Source: Gnetum montanum
Lineage: Eukaryota; Plantae; Gnetophyta
NCBI GenBank assembly: GCA_015680685.1
Contig: MNCI01003323.1
Coordinates: 187,538-251,537 of the forward strand
DNA: 64,000 nucleotides
Direction of reading: 5' to 3'
The notes beneath the pieces were generated by a model. The model saw nothing but the letters and a program-made list of their open reading frames with translations. It had not been told where the DNA came from and searched no databases. Positions within the stretch are counted from its first letter, which is position 1. Each line of letters begins with the position of its first letter. The translations under genes were made by a program, and so were the position numbers. Shown here piece after piece: positions 51,201-64,000 of this stretch.

Positions 51201-51730
51201 GAACTATGCTCTCTACTAGCAACAAAGGTAGAAGCAACAACAATACTATGCTCCCAGTGTCACAGTGAAATGGAAAAAATGACAAGTTACCATGGTAAAA
51301 TCATGTCTATATACCCTCATAAGGTAAATTAATGATCCACCAACCCAAGACTACGCTCACCACCAAACTCTTAGTGGAGACCATAGTTGGGTGAGAGCAT
51401 TGTTAGGTGAGAGTGTAGTCAACCATACTTATCCCAAAACCACAATTTTTCACTACATTGCAAATGCCCAAGTTAATTCTACTCCCTGGGAATAACCAAC
51501 CCTCCCTAGAATGGCATGCTTTATGCATTCTTAGTCCACTAAGATCTAAAACTAGTACAAATATGACTTGCCAAGGCCTAAAACTAGCATAAACATGTTT
51601 ACTTCCCATAGCAACTTACATGCATGCCTAAGCAAATTTCATTGGATTTTTTTTCTCATTCATACATATTAACTTTGTTAAAATAGATGCCACTTGATGT
51701 TCTTCTAGTTTATTTTTGTAGGAACACAAA

Positions 51731-54700
51731 ATGGCTATGTAGGAGCAGATCCCGTCACCTTTGGTTCTCATGGGATCCTATGGTGATATTAAGCGATGCA
51801 TTAACCCTCATTTCCTAGACCTAGAGCCTACAACCTATAATGAGTACATAGCATCCATAGAAGCACCATTAGATTGGCCTGACCATTTAGTTAAGGCTCT
51901 CAACCTAGAGGTAGGAGATGTCATAAAGCATTCCCTTGTCGAGATCCCTATGGCATCGCAGAATGGTGAGGTGAGAACACTAAAACTAAGTTCCTCATTA
52001 GAACCCTAGCATGCTCAAGACATCACTAGAGTGCTTAATGATAACATCAAAGCATTTTCATGATCATACGAGGTCATGTCATGCCTAGATCCATAACTAG
52101 TCCAACACAACATCGTCCTCAATCCCTGCATCAAACCAGTTAAATAAAAAGCATGCAAGGTTCAACCTGAGATGGTGTTGGCAATCCATGATGAGATCAC
52201 CAAGCTCTACAAAGCTAGTTTCATCTAGGATGTTGACTATGTAGACTAGGTTTCCAACATTGTAGTTATGCCTAAGAAAAATAGAAGTATATGCATTTGC
52301 ATAGAATTTTAAGACCTAAATAAGACAACCATTAAAGATGACTTCTTATTACCTAGTATCGATCAACTAATTGATACCACCACCAAACACGCATTGTTGT
52401 CCTTCATGGACGGGTTCTCAGGCTACAACCAAATTAGGATCAATCCTAAACACCAACTCAATACAACCTTCATGATCTCCTAGGGTATGTTTTGCTACAT
52501 AATAATGAATTTTGGACTAACGAATGTAGGAGCAACATACCAACAAGCAATGACGTACATCTTTAGTGATTACATGCTGAGTTTACTCAATGACTACATA
52601 GATGATATAGCAGTTAAGTCAAAAGTGGCCCAAAACCATGCAAATGACTTAGACTTAGTGCTTAAATATTACCTAAAACACAAGCGTAGGCTAAACCCCA
52701 AGAAGTGTCTTTGACATCAAAATGGGTAAGATACTTGGCTTTGTAGTATCCAAAGTAGGTATATGCATAGATCCTGACAAGGTTAAGGCCATAACCAACT
52801 TAGCTCCATTGGCTAACCTTAAGGAGCTATGAGGGTTACAAGGTAGAATATAATTTATATGCAGGTTTATCACACGATTAACCAAAAAGCTACAAACAAT
52901 GCAATATTTTCTCAAGAAAGGAGCCCACTTCAAGTGGACCACTCAGTACAAACAAGCATTTGACAACATTAAGCAAGAGCTAGCACAACTACCTATGGTT
53001 AACCCTCCACAAGGAGATAAGCCTTTTTACATCTACCTCACCACTTCTAACACATCCATCACTTCTCTGCTTTGCCAAAAGTGAGATGATGGCATAGAGT
53101 TCCCAATCTACTACCTAAGTCATGCATTAGTAGCCCAAAAAATGAGATACAATTATGTGTAGAAGTATTGCCTTACCCTAGTCTTCTCACTAAAGAAGTG
53201 GAGGCATTACCTCTTCTGCAACTAGGTTAACATCATTTGTAAAAACAATGTACTCTGAGCTATAACAATGAATATCTATGAAAGTAGTCACATTACATAA
53301 TGGAAAGCAATAATAGTGGAGTTTGACCTACATTATGTCATGCAAGCCTCAATGAAAGGTCAAGAATAGCCACATAACCCATGGCTTCACCAGTAGACAA
53401 TCAAGCTACTATAAACCCTAAGTTCCTAGATGACCATGTCAGTAGTATTAGCCAAGTGCCTGACAACTATGAGGCACTCCTACATTTCAATGGAGCTTCA
53501 ACCTCTTAAGCGGGTAGTATTATCACATTTTCCTATCAGGAGATCCGATCCTTCACATATCGTTTCGCATTTCCTTGCACCAACAACATGGTAGAGTATG
53601 AAGGTTTCCTCCAAGGCATCCTTGCAGCACACAACCTAAGAATCCAATGCATAGTGATCGAAGGTGATTCACAATTAGTTGTTAATCAAGTAATAGAGGT
53701 TTACACTTGCAAGGCACAACATTTACAAACTTACTATGACCTATCAAAACACCTGCTCCACACTTTATAGTTGTTGATGTCTAACATGTTCCTCGAAGTG
53801 AAAATGCCATTGCCAATGTACTTGAAACATTAGCCCTTAGCATAGCACCTAGCATGTTCAACGCATTGCCCACCTTGATGATGAATTGCACTACACCTAT
53901 CACACAAAACATCGAGGATGCATCCATAGCCATAGTTAACACCACCCACATAAAAGAGTGGTATGATGACAACAAGGTGTACCTTCTACAAGGTAAGCCC
54001 CTGCAACACTTAACTACTGCTCAAAAAGACACAGTGCGTAAATGTTCACGGTAGTATGTCATCGTAGATGATAATACATTATGTCACAAATCCTATAATG
54101 GCATACTGCTAACCTGCATAAGCAAAAACAATCATTGAGTAAGTCCACAAAGGGCTATATGAGGTTACATAGCACCTAGGGCAATGGTAGCAAAAATCAA
54201 ACAACTAGGCTACTATTGGCCTCACATGAAGAGCACTTGTTGGAAAGTCAAAACATGCAATACTTGTCAGTGGAATAGCAATTTAATGCACATGCCACCA
54301 ACTGAATTGCATACAATTCAAATCACATGGCTATTCCAATGCTGGGGCCTGGACATCATCAGACCCATAATGCCTAAGTCCTCCATAGGGCATAGCTTCA
54401 TAATAACCGCAACAAAATATTTTACCAAGTGGATCAAAGCTATTTCCCTTAGGAAGATGACATTCTAGAAACTTTGCAAGTTTGTGTTAGATAACATAGT
54501 AACCTATTTTGGCTTGCCCATGACCATAGTGACAAACAACAAACCGTAGTTTAGTAGCACGGAGACCAAAGTCTTTTGTGAGCACTTCGACATCAAGCAC
54601 TCCTTTTTGTTTCCATACTACCCTTATGCAAATGGCAAAGTAGAGACCACCAACAAGGTTATCATTAACCTCCTCAAGAAGATTCTAAGCAACAAAAAAT

Positions 54701-55185
54701 GATGATGGAATGAGCAACTAGTCTATGCACATTGGGCCTACCACACGATGCATTGAATAGCAATAGGTATGACACCTTATAGCCTCATATATGGATCTGA
54801 AGTAGTTTTTCCACTTGAATTATAGGTTCCATCACTCTAGGTAACCCTCTTAGACTTCATCAATGAAGGTCAGAATAATGAGTTGAGAACTGTAGACCTC
54901 AACTTAATAGAGGAAGAGCACAAGCATATGCTTGATCACATTAAGTGGTACCAAAAAAAGCAACAACAAAGGCATCGTCATAATCAGCATCAACACCAAA
55001 TCAAGAAAGGGGACCTAGTCCTCAAGGCCATTGACAAACCTACAAAAAAATTCTTAGCTAATTAGGAAGGGCCTTTCCTGGTCACTCAGGCCTATAACAC
55101 AGAAGCATTCAAGCTTACTTATCAAGAAAGAAACGAGTTTGCCAATCTAGTGACCCATTTGTACTTGAAACCATACTACATTTAG
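51731..55185 (+). pseudogene. pol: E3 pol: RT-RH-aRH-INT
   Basis: ATG 9 nt after tttttgtag; SFMDGFSGYNQI, YIDD, EGDSQLVVNQ, WGLDII, LKPYYI*. Confidence 0.93.
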
Positions 55186-55221
55186 CATGTAACACTACAC
55201 ATCAATGAAACAAGGTAAATG

Positions 55222-55572
55222 ATCATCTGCTATGACACTAAACTAGTACAATTGTCTACTATGATGCTAAACTAGCATAGCTCATCTGCTATGATGCTAA
55301 ATTGACACAATTCATCTACTACGATGCTAAACTAGCACAACTCATTTTCTATGATGTTAAACTAGCATAGAGGTCTGCTAAGACTATAAACTGGTAGTCC
55401 ACCATGACTTTAAAGTGGCACAACATGTCTGCTATGACATTAAACTAACACAGACCAGTCTACAAGGACTATAAACTAGCACAGCATGGTCTACCAAAAC
55501 CTTAAACTAGGCCCAACGATTTGCTAGGACCTTAAACTAGTAAAGACATGGTCTACCAAGACCTTGAATTGG
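55222..55572 (+). repeat. E3 post-integrase hairpin array (~11-12 units of ~30 bp)
   Basis: catctgctatgatgctaaa-type units, tgtctgctatgaca 55426, agtctacaaggact 55457, ggtctaccaagacc 55550. Confidence 0.85.
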
Positions 55573-56718
55573 GTTCATGGTTAGTCATTAATAACTCTTT
55601 CCATCCTTCTATAAGAATGCAAGCAAGCATACTCCCTCCCTCCTTCTACATCAAGCAAGCAAGCATACTCTCTCCCTCCTTCTACATCAAGCAAGCAAGC
55701 ACACCTACAATCTGTGCAACTTGTGTCACTCATGTGGCCTTCTACATTCCTTCATCTTCAATCTATTTTCATTTATGTATTGTGTGGTTTTCTTGCCTTT
55801 TCAAAGTTGTGTTTACAAGATGAAGCCCCAAGAGATCATGTAAAGGTGCATCTCATCATAGCAAAAAATATTTCCATCACTCTAATGTGCATGATTGGAG
55901 TACTTAAACCTCTCAAGAGTGCATATTCCTATTATCCCATTATAGCCTACTCACATCTACTCCTATATCTTGATACCCATCTATTTCCCACATAGCATAG
56001 ATTGCAAACCTTTTTAACACTCACGTGTTGTGACCACATGGCACCCCCTTCAAGTCAAACCACAAAACCCAAGGTGAACGTAACATAATTCACCTCGTTG
56101 AAAGCCTCAATTGGCTAGTCAAAGCCCAGGTAGACATAACATAAGTTATCCCAAGGAGAAAACACCTATCATACAAATGTGACACAATTTTGCAAACAAC
56201 AAAGCAAACCCCATCTAGTGACACGAAACCCACTTGATGGGAAGCACCTTGCAGCAAGAATTTAGTAACATGCAGAGCCCCAAGAAGGTTCACCCTACCA
56301 AAAGAAAAAGTAAAAAAAGGATGGGGCATCATGTCACCAAGCAATCCAACAACAAAGTAGTTTTATAGTTGGCCTAGCCTTGAATCTACAACTCGACTCT
56401 CTCACAAGCACTCTAATGAGAGATCAACATTTTCAAGGATAAGCCACTCCGGTGCCATGAGCTGTGATGTCCTTGCATCATAACATCCTATTTGTACCTC
56501 ATCTTTCCTTTTATCCCTAGCACATCACCTACACCTTTTACTCCCGCTTCTCACCTACCATCTATCATACCACTACCCACAACATTCTTGAGCATGGTAC
56601 AGTAACATCTAATAATGTATTGAAGAGTAATGTTGGTGCCAAGTCTATTATGATGTTTTGTTATCCTTTGTTGATGTCTCTTGGTTCACTCCTCCAAACA
56701 TCAACAAAGAGAAGCCAA

Positions 56719-58107
56719 TGAAACACCACCAAATCTAGACTATGGCATCTCAACTACATAAATTTTTTCTAAGTGTTGAGACTACACTCAACCCAAATGA
56801 GCGTAGTAAACCTCTCATAGAGAGCGTAGTTAGCAAGAAGCATGTTTTTTGCAAATTTTTTCTAAGTCCCAGGACTATGCTCTTACCCAACCCAAAGCAT
56901 ACTTAGCCTCATGTGGATTGCGTAGTTAGTTAGAATAGTCTCCAATAGCCTCCATAATGCAACAACAATGCTTGGCTCAGCTCCAAAATGTAGTCAATGC
57001 ACCTTTGGCAAGCATAGTTAGCAAAATATCTTCTTTTTGTGTTCCCTTTTGCCCTAAAATTGTAACTATGCTTGACCCAACCCAAATCGTGGAGAGCGTA
57101 GTCCAACAAAGTGTAGTCTCTAGCTTGCATTTTTCAAGTAGCTTGTAGTCCTCTCGACACACACATGTGGTTGGCAGCGTAGTCATAGTCTCATAATTCT
57201 GCAAAGTTTGGTAAAGCACAATAAAGCACAACACCACTAGCCCCATTAGTACACCACATGAATAGTGACTATGCTAAGCATAGTCCCAACCGTTCCCTCC
57301 ACCACATAGTAGTCAGCTTGCATTTTTTGCTAACCCTAGACCTATAAATACCCATGCCCTCAAAATTTGCAAGGACGGAAAATCTAAGAAGCACTTGGAA
57401 GAAAATAAAAGGCATTTTGGCAAACTAAGAAGAGGAAAAGTTGCAAACCATTGCATATCCACACAGCCCAATTAAACACTATAGCCAATAGTACACCACA
57501 ATGGCCAACCTAGCAAATGCAAATACCTTAATAGAATGCTAGTCTTCATGGCCAAACACCTCAAATACTGTGACTACATTGTCCATTGTGCCTATCGTAC
57601 ACCATGTACCTTCTAACCCCTTTTGCTATTAACTACACTCAATCCCATTTGGGGTGGTGTTCTAGTTCTCTCTCTCTCTCTCTTTCTCTTTGCATTTTTT
57701 GCACTTTACTTGCATTTTTACCTATTTTACCACATAGCTATGCCTAAAACTATGCTCAAGTGATAGTCTACATGTGTTGACACTACTCACTTCACTAAAA
57801 CTTTTGACTATGCTCAACACCCCCCCCCCCTTCGAGCACCTATGACTATGCTTGACACCATCGACATCATCGACACTATAAACACCATTAACACTACAAA
57901 CACCACTTACACACTTAACACCATTTCACATTAGCACTATAGCTAACCATGCTACACCCCCATTACATTTATTAAGTCTCTTTTTGATCAGCAAGACCAT
58001 TCAAGGCACTCTATCTTTGCCTCCAACAAGCCCTCATGTGGATTCGTGGTTAGGCTATGCACCTATGAACCTTGATGTTCTATTCATCGATGTTTTCAAT
58101 CATTATA
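56719..58107 (+). repeat. E3 3' LTR (~1.39 kb), preceded by PPT aaagagaagccaa
   Basis: TGAAACACCACC...CATTA(T)A; end-to-end homology with 24620-25995 (minus). Confidence 0.87.
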
Positions 58108-58808
58108 GTATTGTAATGCCATCCATGGCAAGGTTTCTCTTGCTAGGAAATTCATAGAGCAAAAGCTACATATGGACTTACTAACATGCAAGGCTAGGAA
58201 GTGGAGAGATTATTATGCCTAGGTCCTTGAGTGCACCTAGTCATAAAAAGACCACAAGAAAAAGTACAAGGAAAAATGTGAATCCTTTCTTAATTGGTCA
58301 CAAAAGTAGTCCACCGAATAGTGCAAATTAGAGTTGTTCATGAAGGAGATCCAAGCAAAGAGTATCTTCAAATTATTTGAAAGCTCTCTAATAGTGGGTG
58401 ATTCCCTAATGCCTTAGGTCTGTACTACTTCTAGGAAGGTAACTACCACTACATTTTCATAGGAGCCACCCACATAGACCAATATTAATGAGAGTAACAT
58501 CCTAATAGGGATTAATCTTGGGAAGGTGGATTGGGCCCACATGACTGAGGACCAAATTCTCCATCATCTAGAGGTTAGCCTTCAGAGCTTCCCCACACAG
58601 AATGTTGCATCTAATCCCTTCCAAGTTTGTTTATTTTATTTTATTTTTGGATGATTTAATCCTAGTTCAATTTAATTTGATTTGATTTTATCTTGTGTTA
58701 ATTATTGATTAAACTTATCTTATCATGGTACAAGTACCAGGTGACATTGGCAACCCCAGTAGTGATGATGTTAGAGATGCTCCTCCTCATCCTCTAGTTG
58801 CACCTTAG
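58108..58808 (+). pseudogene. E4 antisense gene, last two exons
   Basis: EQKLHMDLL..KARKWRDY...KDHKKKYK and DWAHMTEDQILHHLEVSLQSFP align to E1 QRMQMDLLAQKNQDWKDF...KDHKHVYK and VWSELTEDEIMQRLLVGLEQIP. Confidence 0.78.
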
Positions 58809-59169
58809 CACCATCCATTGATTATTATCCTTGGCTATCTTTATCATTATTATTGATGTTGTCATTATGATGTTGTGGCTAGTGTTAGCCTTTGGTTGTT
58901 GAGAGATGGTTTATTGTTCTTATGCATTATTTAAACTTTTCTCACACTATGTGATCTTGGCCATTATGTTACAGATATTTCAACTATTATTTTTCAAATT
59001 TTAATTTTTGTGTACATGTTTTAATGCTTAATGTTTCATACATGTCATACATATTACATTTTTGTTCATGTCATAAGGCTAACTTGATTAACGTATGCAA
59101 TCACAAAAATGTAAATCAACTAGGCAACTAAAACATAAGCTATGTCATAATCAGCTATAATGGGTTATA

Positions 59170-59305
59170 AAAGTTTTTCTAGTTTTAGGTCATGGTGGGC
59201 CATATGTTTTGTTAGTTTTAGGCCATGGTGGGCCATATGTTTTGTTAGTTTTAGGCCATGGTAGGCCTTAATGTTGCTAGTTTTAGGCCTTATCAAGCCA
59301 TAGGC
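59170..59305 (-). repeat. E4 hairpin array downstream of gag-PR
   Basis: Minus-strand ggcccaccatggcctaaaacta, about 4 units. Confidence 0.8.
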
Positions 59306-59699
59306 ATCAAAAATGAAATTTTTATCAGATTTGTGTTCTAAAATATTATGAATTTTTCAAGTTTTAAAGTTTCTATATTATTTTTCATATTTTATGTTCC
59401 AAAATAGACAAGGAATAAAGGGTAAATTATAAATGAGAATAAACCCTAGGCTATGTGCAAAGTAAGGTCAAAAAAAAGTAACATAAAGTAGTATGTATAA
59501 ATAATGTTTAATCTAGGTTAAAAAGACTAAAGAAAAAGAAGGCTACATGGTTATGGATACAAGAGCAATTGAATAGGAGACAAACATCAATCATGCAACT
59601 ATTTCCTAATCTTTGAAATATTAGAAATGTTTTATGACCTACATTGCATAATTTTGTATTCCTCATTTCCTTCACTAATCATGTTGAAGGGGTGCTCTT

Positions 59700-60560
59700 C
59701 CCATGGTGCATCCATGGTTCCATTATTATGCGTTTGGGACTCTTCCACTCTATCAAGCCTTTGGACTTCATCATCGATAGTAGGAGCTCTTCTTGAAACT
59801 CCACCTTAAATCCTTGTTTTATGTCAACATTGTTAACTACCAAGGGAACTACACTATCACCATGGACAATTATTTCACCTTCCTCATAAGGCAAGTGAAT
59901 TTCTTGGTGGATGGGTGAGGAAACAGCTCATATCTAAGCTAACCAAGGCCTTCCCAGGTTGAGGTTAAATCCTAGTGTCTCCTCCACCACCAAGAAACTG
60001 GCTATTATGGGCAATTATTCCCCTATTATGAACTCCAAAGAGATTGATCCTTTAACCACAACCCAAGATCCATTAGATAATTTAATACCATAAGTTTATG
60101 TGCATTGCATATGTTATGTTAAACTAAAACATTCAACAATGGTCTAAGGTATTACATTGGTGGCCATCCCATCATCCACATGCACTCTCATGAAACACCA
60201 ATGTTGTTAACTTCGTTTCTTTCTTTTATGAAGGTGGTACCATCATTACATGGATGGACTCTTCACTAGTGGGGATGTCCTCACTAACAAGAATAAAAGT
60301 CAACGTCTTCACCAAGGCTTATCGATGAGCAACTAAGGTTATTAATAGGTCATACAGGCTAAGGGATGTTTTCTTCTATTTCAAATATTGCCTAACCTAT
60401 TCCATTTCATTGAGCAAGTCCTTGTCATTAGTCGTTGGTTTTTTGTTCTTGTTGACTTTGACTTCCTCGATGTGTCCTAAGATGCAAACTTCATGTTTTT
60501 GGGGTTTTTCCTTGGTCTCTTTCCCCCTCCCTTGTTACTTAAGATCCTTTCATGTTTGAC
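59700..60560 (-). pseudogene. E4 gag C-terminus plus protease remnant
   Basis: KKTSLSLYDLL, RVHVDDGMATNVIP, FNLNLGRPWL, PIHQEIHLPYEEGEIIVHGD. Confidence 0.82.
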
Positions 60561-61188
60561 TTGTTAAAGTAGCCTAAGCATTACATCTCATGGGAATGGA
60601 TGAAATATAAGTGGGCTTCAGTGGGCCAACCTTCTTTCATGCCTTGAGAAGATATAATGGTTTTGTGTTGAAAACACCAACTACGCTGGCTTTGTGAGTA
60701 ATGGTTATGCTAGTGGGGGGAAAAGAAGTAAGATGTTAACAACCACATCACCCACTTTCCCTACATTGGGATTCCTCCTATTGGCAAGAACAATATATGT
60801 TTTTGAAAATGTAAATGAAAAATTTAATCTTTTCAAAGGTTACGTTGATGGGTGAAGAAGGGCCAATGTTGACCTTGCTAGAAAATTTCATAGCAAGGGG
60901 GTTTGACTAGTTGTGGCAAAACAACACTAGCCTCCAGAACACACAAAGGCAATGTTGAATGATAACCATGTTGGCCTTAAAAAGTCTAGCAACTACTATA
61001 AAAATTTTCCTAAAATCCAAACCATTTGCAATCTTAATGTTGGGTTTAGGGTTTAGGGTTTGGATTTTGGTGTTGGTTTCTCTTGCAAGATAACTTTTAT
61101 CAAAGTTTAAATATATTTAATGTTTTCAACTTGCAACAAATGTTATTGAAATGGAAAAATGGGATTAGACACAAAACTTGGGTAGAGG

Positions 61189-61205
61189 CCCTCCTTCTAG
61201 CACTA
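61189..61205 (-). other. E4 PBS (tRNA-Asn type, deaminated)
   Basis: TAGTGCTAGAAGGAGGG, with the same 5-nt spacer to the LTR end as in E2b. Confidence 0.7.
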
Positions 61206-61210
61206 GAAAA

Positions 61211-62633
61211 TGGTTGTGCTTGAAAAATTCAATTGTTGGAAAATTGAAAATCATAGTTAAGGACAGTTTTAACCTTGGATCCCAAGGGCCTCCAAGAAAG
61301 AGGATTTAAGGTGCCTTGGATAGTCTCGCTGATCACACAAGGACTTGAAAAGTGTAAACAAGGTAAACAAATGGTAAAATGGTGCAAACCTAACTTAAAA
61401 TGAATGCAAAAAATAAAAACTATAATAGTTTACACAAAAAATAGAACTATAAACTTTATTACAATGAAAATATTAAAAATAAAGAGAATTTGGGATGTGT
61501 ACAAATGGTGCCTCAAAGCATAAGGGATTTTCTTTAATGAAGTTCAAAGTTTGTTGAAGTCAGTAATTTGCACACCACAATCATCTCCATGGTCTAGGTA
61601 CTTCCCAACTTCAAAAACTAAAACACCTTGCTGGTTCCTTACATAGATCTATAGCATTGGTCACAGGGAGGTAAGGTGTGTGAATGATTTTTTGGTTAAC
61701 AAGGAATACCATGCTGGAAGTCTTTGTGCCCAAGTGGTAGAGCATTGATCCACAAAAAACCTCACACAAGCCTCAAGGTTAAAAGTGCTTGAAATGACCA
61801 AAGGTTCCACACCCAAGACTTGCCAAAAGCTTTGCACTTGCAATCAATTCAAAAGCTTTAGAATTATAAAGTGGTGGAACCTTTTCAATGTATTTGAAGT
61901 TGGCTTATAAACGATATATGATTGCTAAATTTTATCTATAAATTTCTACCATGATTACTAACATATTGTTATCACATTCAAGTGTGGTAGGTGTTTGATT
62001 CCAATGTAGCTACTATTTTTGATAAGTTTTGATACCCCAAAATCACCAAGACTATGCTAGTTACCAAAAATAGTAAATGGACTTTTCAATCATGTTGGCT
62101 TCTACCACCCACACTAGAGTTGTAGGAGCAACATTGAGATTTGTTAAAAATGAAAACTCCAACCACTCCAATGCTATTCTTGATGTGGCAACACTAGCCT
62201 TATGGTGACTACACTAGCCATAGTTGAGAGAATGAAAGTCAAACCCTCAAACATTGGGCATAAGTACTTNNNNNNNNNNNNNNNNNNNNNNNNNNNNNNN
62301 NNNNNNNNNNNNNNNNNNNNNNNNNNNNNNNNNNNNNNNNNNNNNNNNNNNNNNNNNNNNNNNNNNNNNNNNNNNNNNNNNNNNNNNNNNNNNNNNNNNN
62401 NNNNNNNNNNNNNNNNNNNNAAATATAGACATGATAGGACTTTTTCCACTTGGGAAGTGAGGCTACAAGAACTTATGAGGCATTGTTTTAGCCCCAAAAG
62501 TTAAAGTATGTGAAATTACATATCATGGATTACAATCTTCACATTTTATAATGAAATTCTAGCCTCAGGTTTTGTGGGGTAAAAGTTATAATGCTAAAAA
62601 GGTTGCAACATGCATTTTCTTGGTGGTGTTTTA
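61211..62633 (-). repeat. Probable E4 5' LTR (contains the assembly gap)
   Basis: Starts T(A)AAACACCACC at 62633 and ends CA 5 nt before the PBS; ~1.4 kb like its siblings. Interior homology not verified. Confidence 0.55.
62270..62420. other. Assembly gap (151 N)
   Basis: Run of N. Confidence 1.
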
Positions 62634-64000
62634 GGAGAGAATGTGTTTTTCTCACAATTTATCATAATAAACTTGGGTACACATAATTATTTTGAACAAA
62701 CTATAGAACATCCATAACATTCCCTTGAAACACCACATGATTTTTTAGGATAAAATTTTAAGTTAAAGCATATTTGTATTTTATGCTAGAGCTTACCCTA
62801 ACAAGAAAGAAAATTTCATAGAATTACTCAATGATTAAATCATTCAACTATTTCTATTCTAAGTAGATGACATGTGATTGCATCACTCACTTATGACAAC
62901 TATTCCTGTAATCAAAAAACTCAAGAGTTATTCAGATCCCATTGGCTTAAGGTAGATGATGCATGTGTATGTCATCTACTTGTAACAACTGTTTATACAA
63001 TTACAAAAGTATGGTTTGGATCTATTCACTGATCTTTAAGTGTCTCATTTATCACTCATAATTGCCTAATAAAAGTATTTGAATGTGTCATTCACTTGAA
63101 CTAAAACTTTATTTTTTATACAAAGTGTAACAAATACTACTTTTGGGAAGAATTTCTTAGCATTATTAAATAGTAATTCTTGCATTTTCTTGATTTTTAA
63201 GTCATATTAAGTCAAGTTAGTCACTCATAAGTACCGTGAGCCAATTCTTAATCCCTGGGATCAATTCATATACAAAGAATTGATTCATCAAACTATATGT
63301 TATGAAAAAAAAACAATTTGTAAGTCTATATGTTACAACACAAAATAATTCATAAAACTAATTAAATAATCTTACGAATGTATAAACAAATTTCATTATC
63401 TTATGTTGTTTGTATGAATAGTGACTCTTCATCTTGTTAAAGGTCTACCTAGTACCAAGTTTGTAAGTCAGTGAAATTTTTGAAGAAGATGAGTATAATG
63501 AGACCAATAATTGTTTTAAAATAAGGAACAAATTATTATAACCAAAAGATCTAAATCAAGTTATTCAAAAGATTTATTCCAAAAATTATCATATTAAAAA
63601 GTTCTTATTATATTACAAATTTACTATAAACTCTTAAGTTCTTCATGCCATTACCTTCTTAAGTTACTTTTAATAAAACTGCATTAAGTTTAACATGGTA
63701 TCAAAGCAAGGAAAAGATAAAAGGTAAAGTAATGATTAAGAGTATACTAAGAAAAATGAAACTAAAAGTATTAAAGATGTCACCAACTACATGTATAATA
63801 TGACATTGAAAGAAGAAGATAAAAATCTCCTATGGTTATTAATCAACAAGATTATAATTATAATACATGGGCACAAAGGATGAGAATCATCTTATGATCT
63901 AGTAGGTTATAACATACTATTTTAAATCCTAATTTTAAATTTGAAGATGACTAAAAATGATAGCAAAATGATATAGCCTTAAGTATTCTCTTAGATCCAA

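Larger units (their letters stand above)
25996..58107 (+). mobile_element. E3: same Tat-like lineage; interrupted by E2b at 25995/25996 and by a Tekay element at 27748-45457
   Basis: gag-PR, array, antisense gene, pol, array, PPT and 3' LTR, collinear with E1. Confidence 0.85.
58108..62633 (-). mobile_element. E4: outermost and most decayed member of the lineage (5' LTR, PBS, gag-PR remnant, array, 3' end of antisense gene)
   Basis: Same parts and order as E1-E3, on the minus strand. Confidence 0.75.

Noticed and set aside
55619-55701. Short tandem duplication (caagcaagcatactcyctccctccttctacat)
   Set aside because: Only ~2.3 copies and not shared with E1; ordinary slippage.
61042-61061. Telomeric TTTAGGG repeat
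   Set aside because: Fewer than three units; telobox-like at most, inside the E4 leader.
62174-62504. ORFs spanning the N run
   Set aside because: Artefacts of the assembly gap.
62726-62740. TGAAACACCAC on the plus strand as another LTR start
   Set aside because: No PPT, matching LTR body or LTR end is seen in the AT-rich sequence that follows; unsupported within this window.

Overview
Plant-type, heavily C>T-deaminated heterochromatic DNA made almost entirely of nested, decayed Ty3/Gypsy LTR retrotransposons. No intact host gene is visible. Five members of one Tat-clade lineage (RT-RH-aRH-INT, tRNA-Asn-type PBS, ~1.4-1.5 kb LTRs starting TGAAAC) appear stacked inside each other: E4(-) contains E3(+), which contains E2b(-), which contains E2(-), which contains E1(+). 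E3 also carries a Tekay/Del chromovirus (TSD CCAAT), which carries an Athila-like element (TSD CATGG). The main result is the architecture of the Tat-like lineage. gag-protease ends at a conserved stop, and RT-RH-aRH-INT restarts ~5.5-6 kb later at its own conserved ATG just behind a splice-acceptor-like site. The gap holds an antisense gene of about 8 exons (~1,100 aa) encoding a catalytically degenerate FCP1/NIF-type HAD phosphatase domain, a plant-mobile-domain-like region and a helical/acidic tail. The elements also carry sense-strand arrays of small covarying hairpins and subfamily-specific inverted TACGC DNA motifs, which together suggest a possible sequence-specific anti-silencing system. 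All alignments and domain calls were made by eye; no searches were run.
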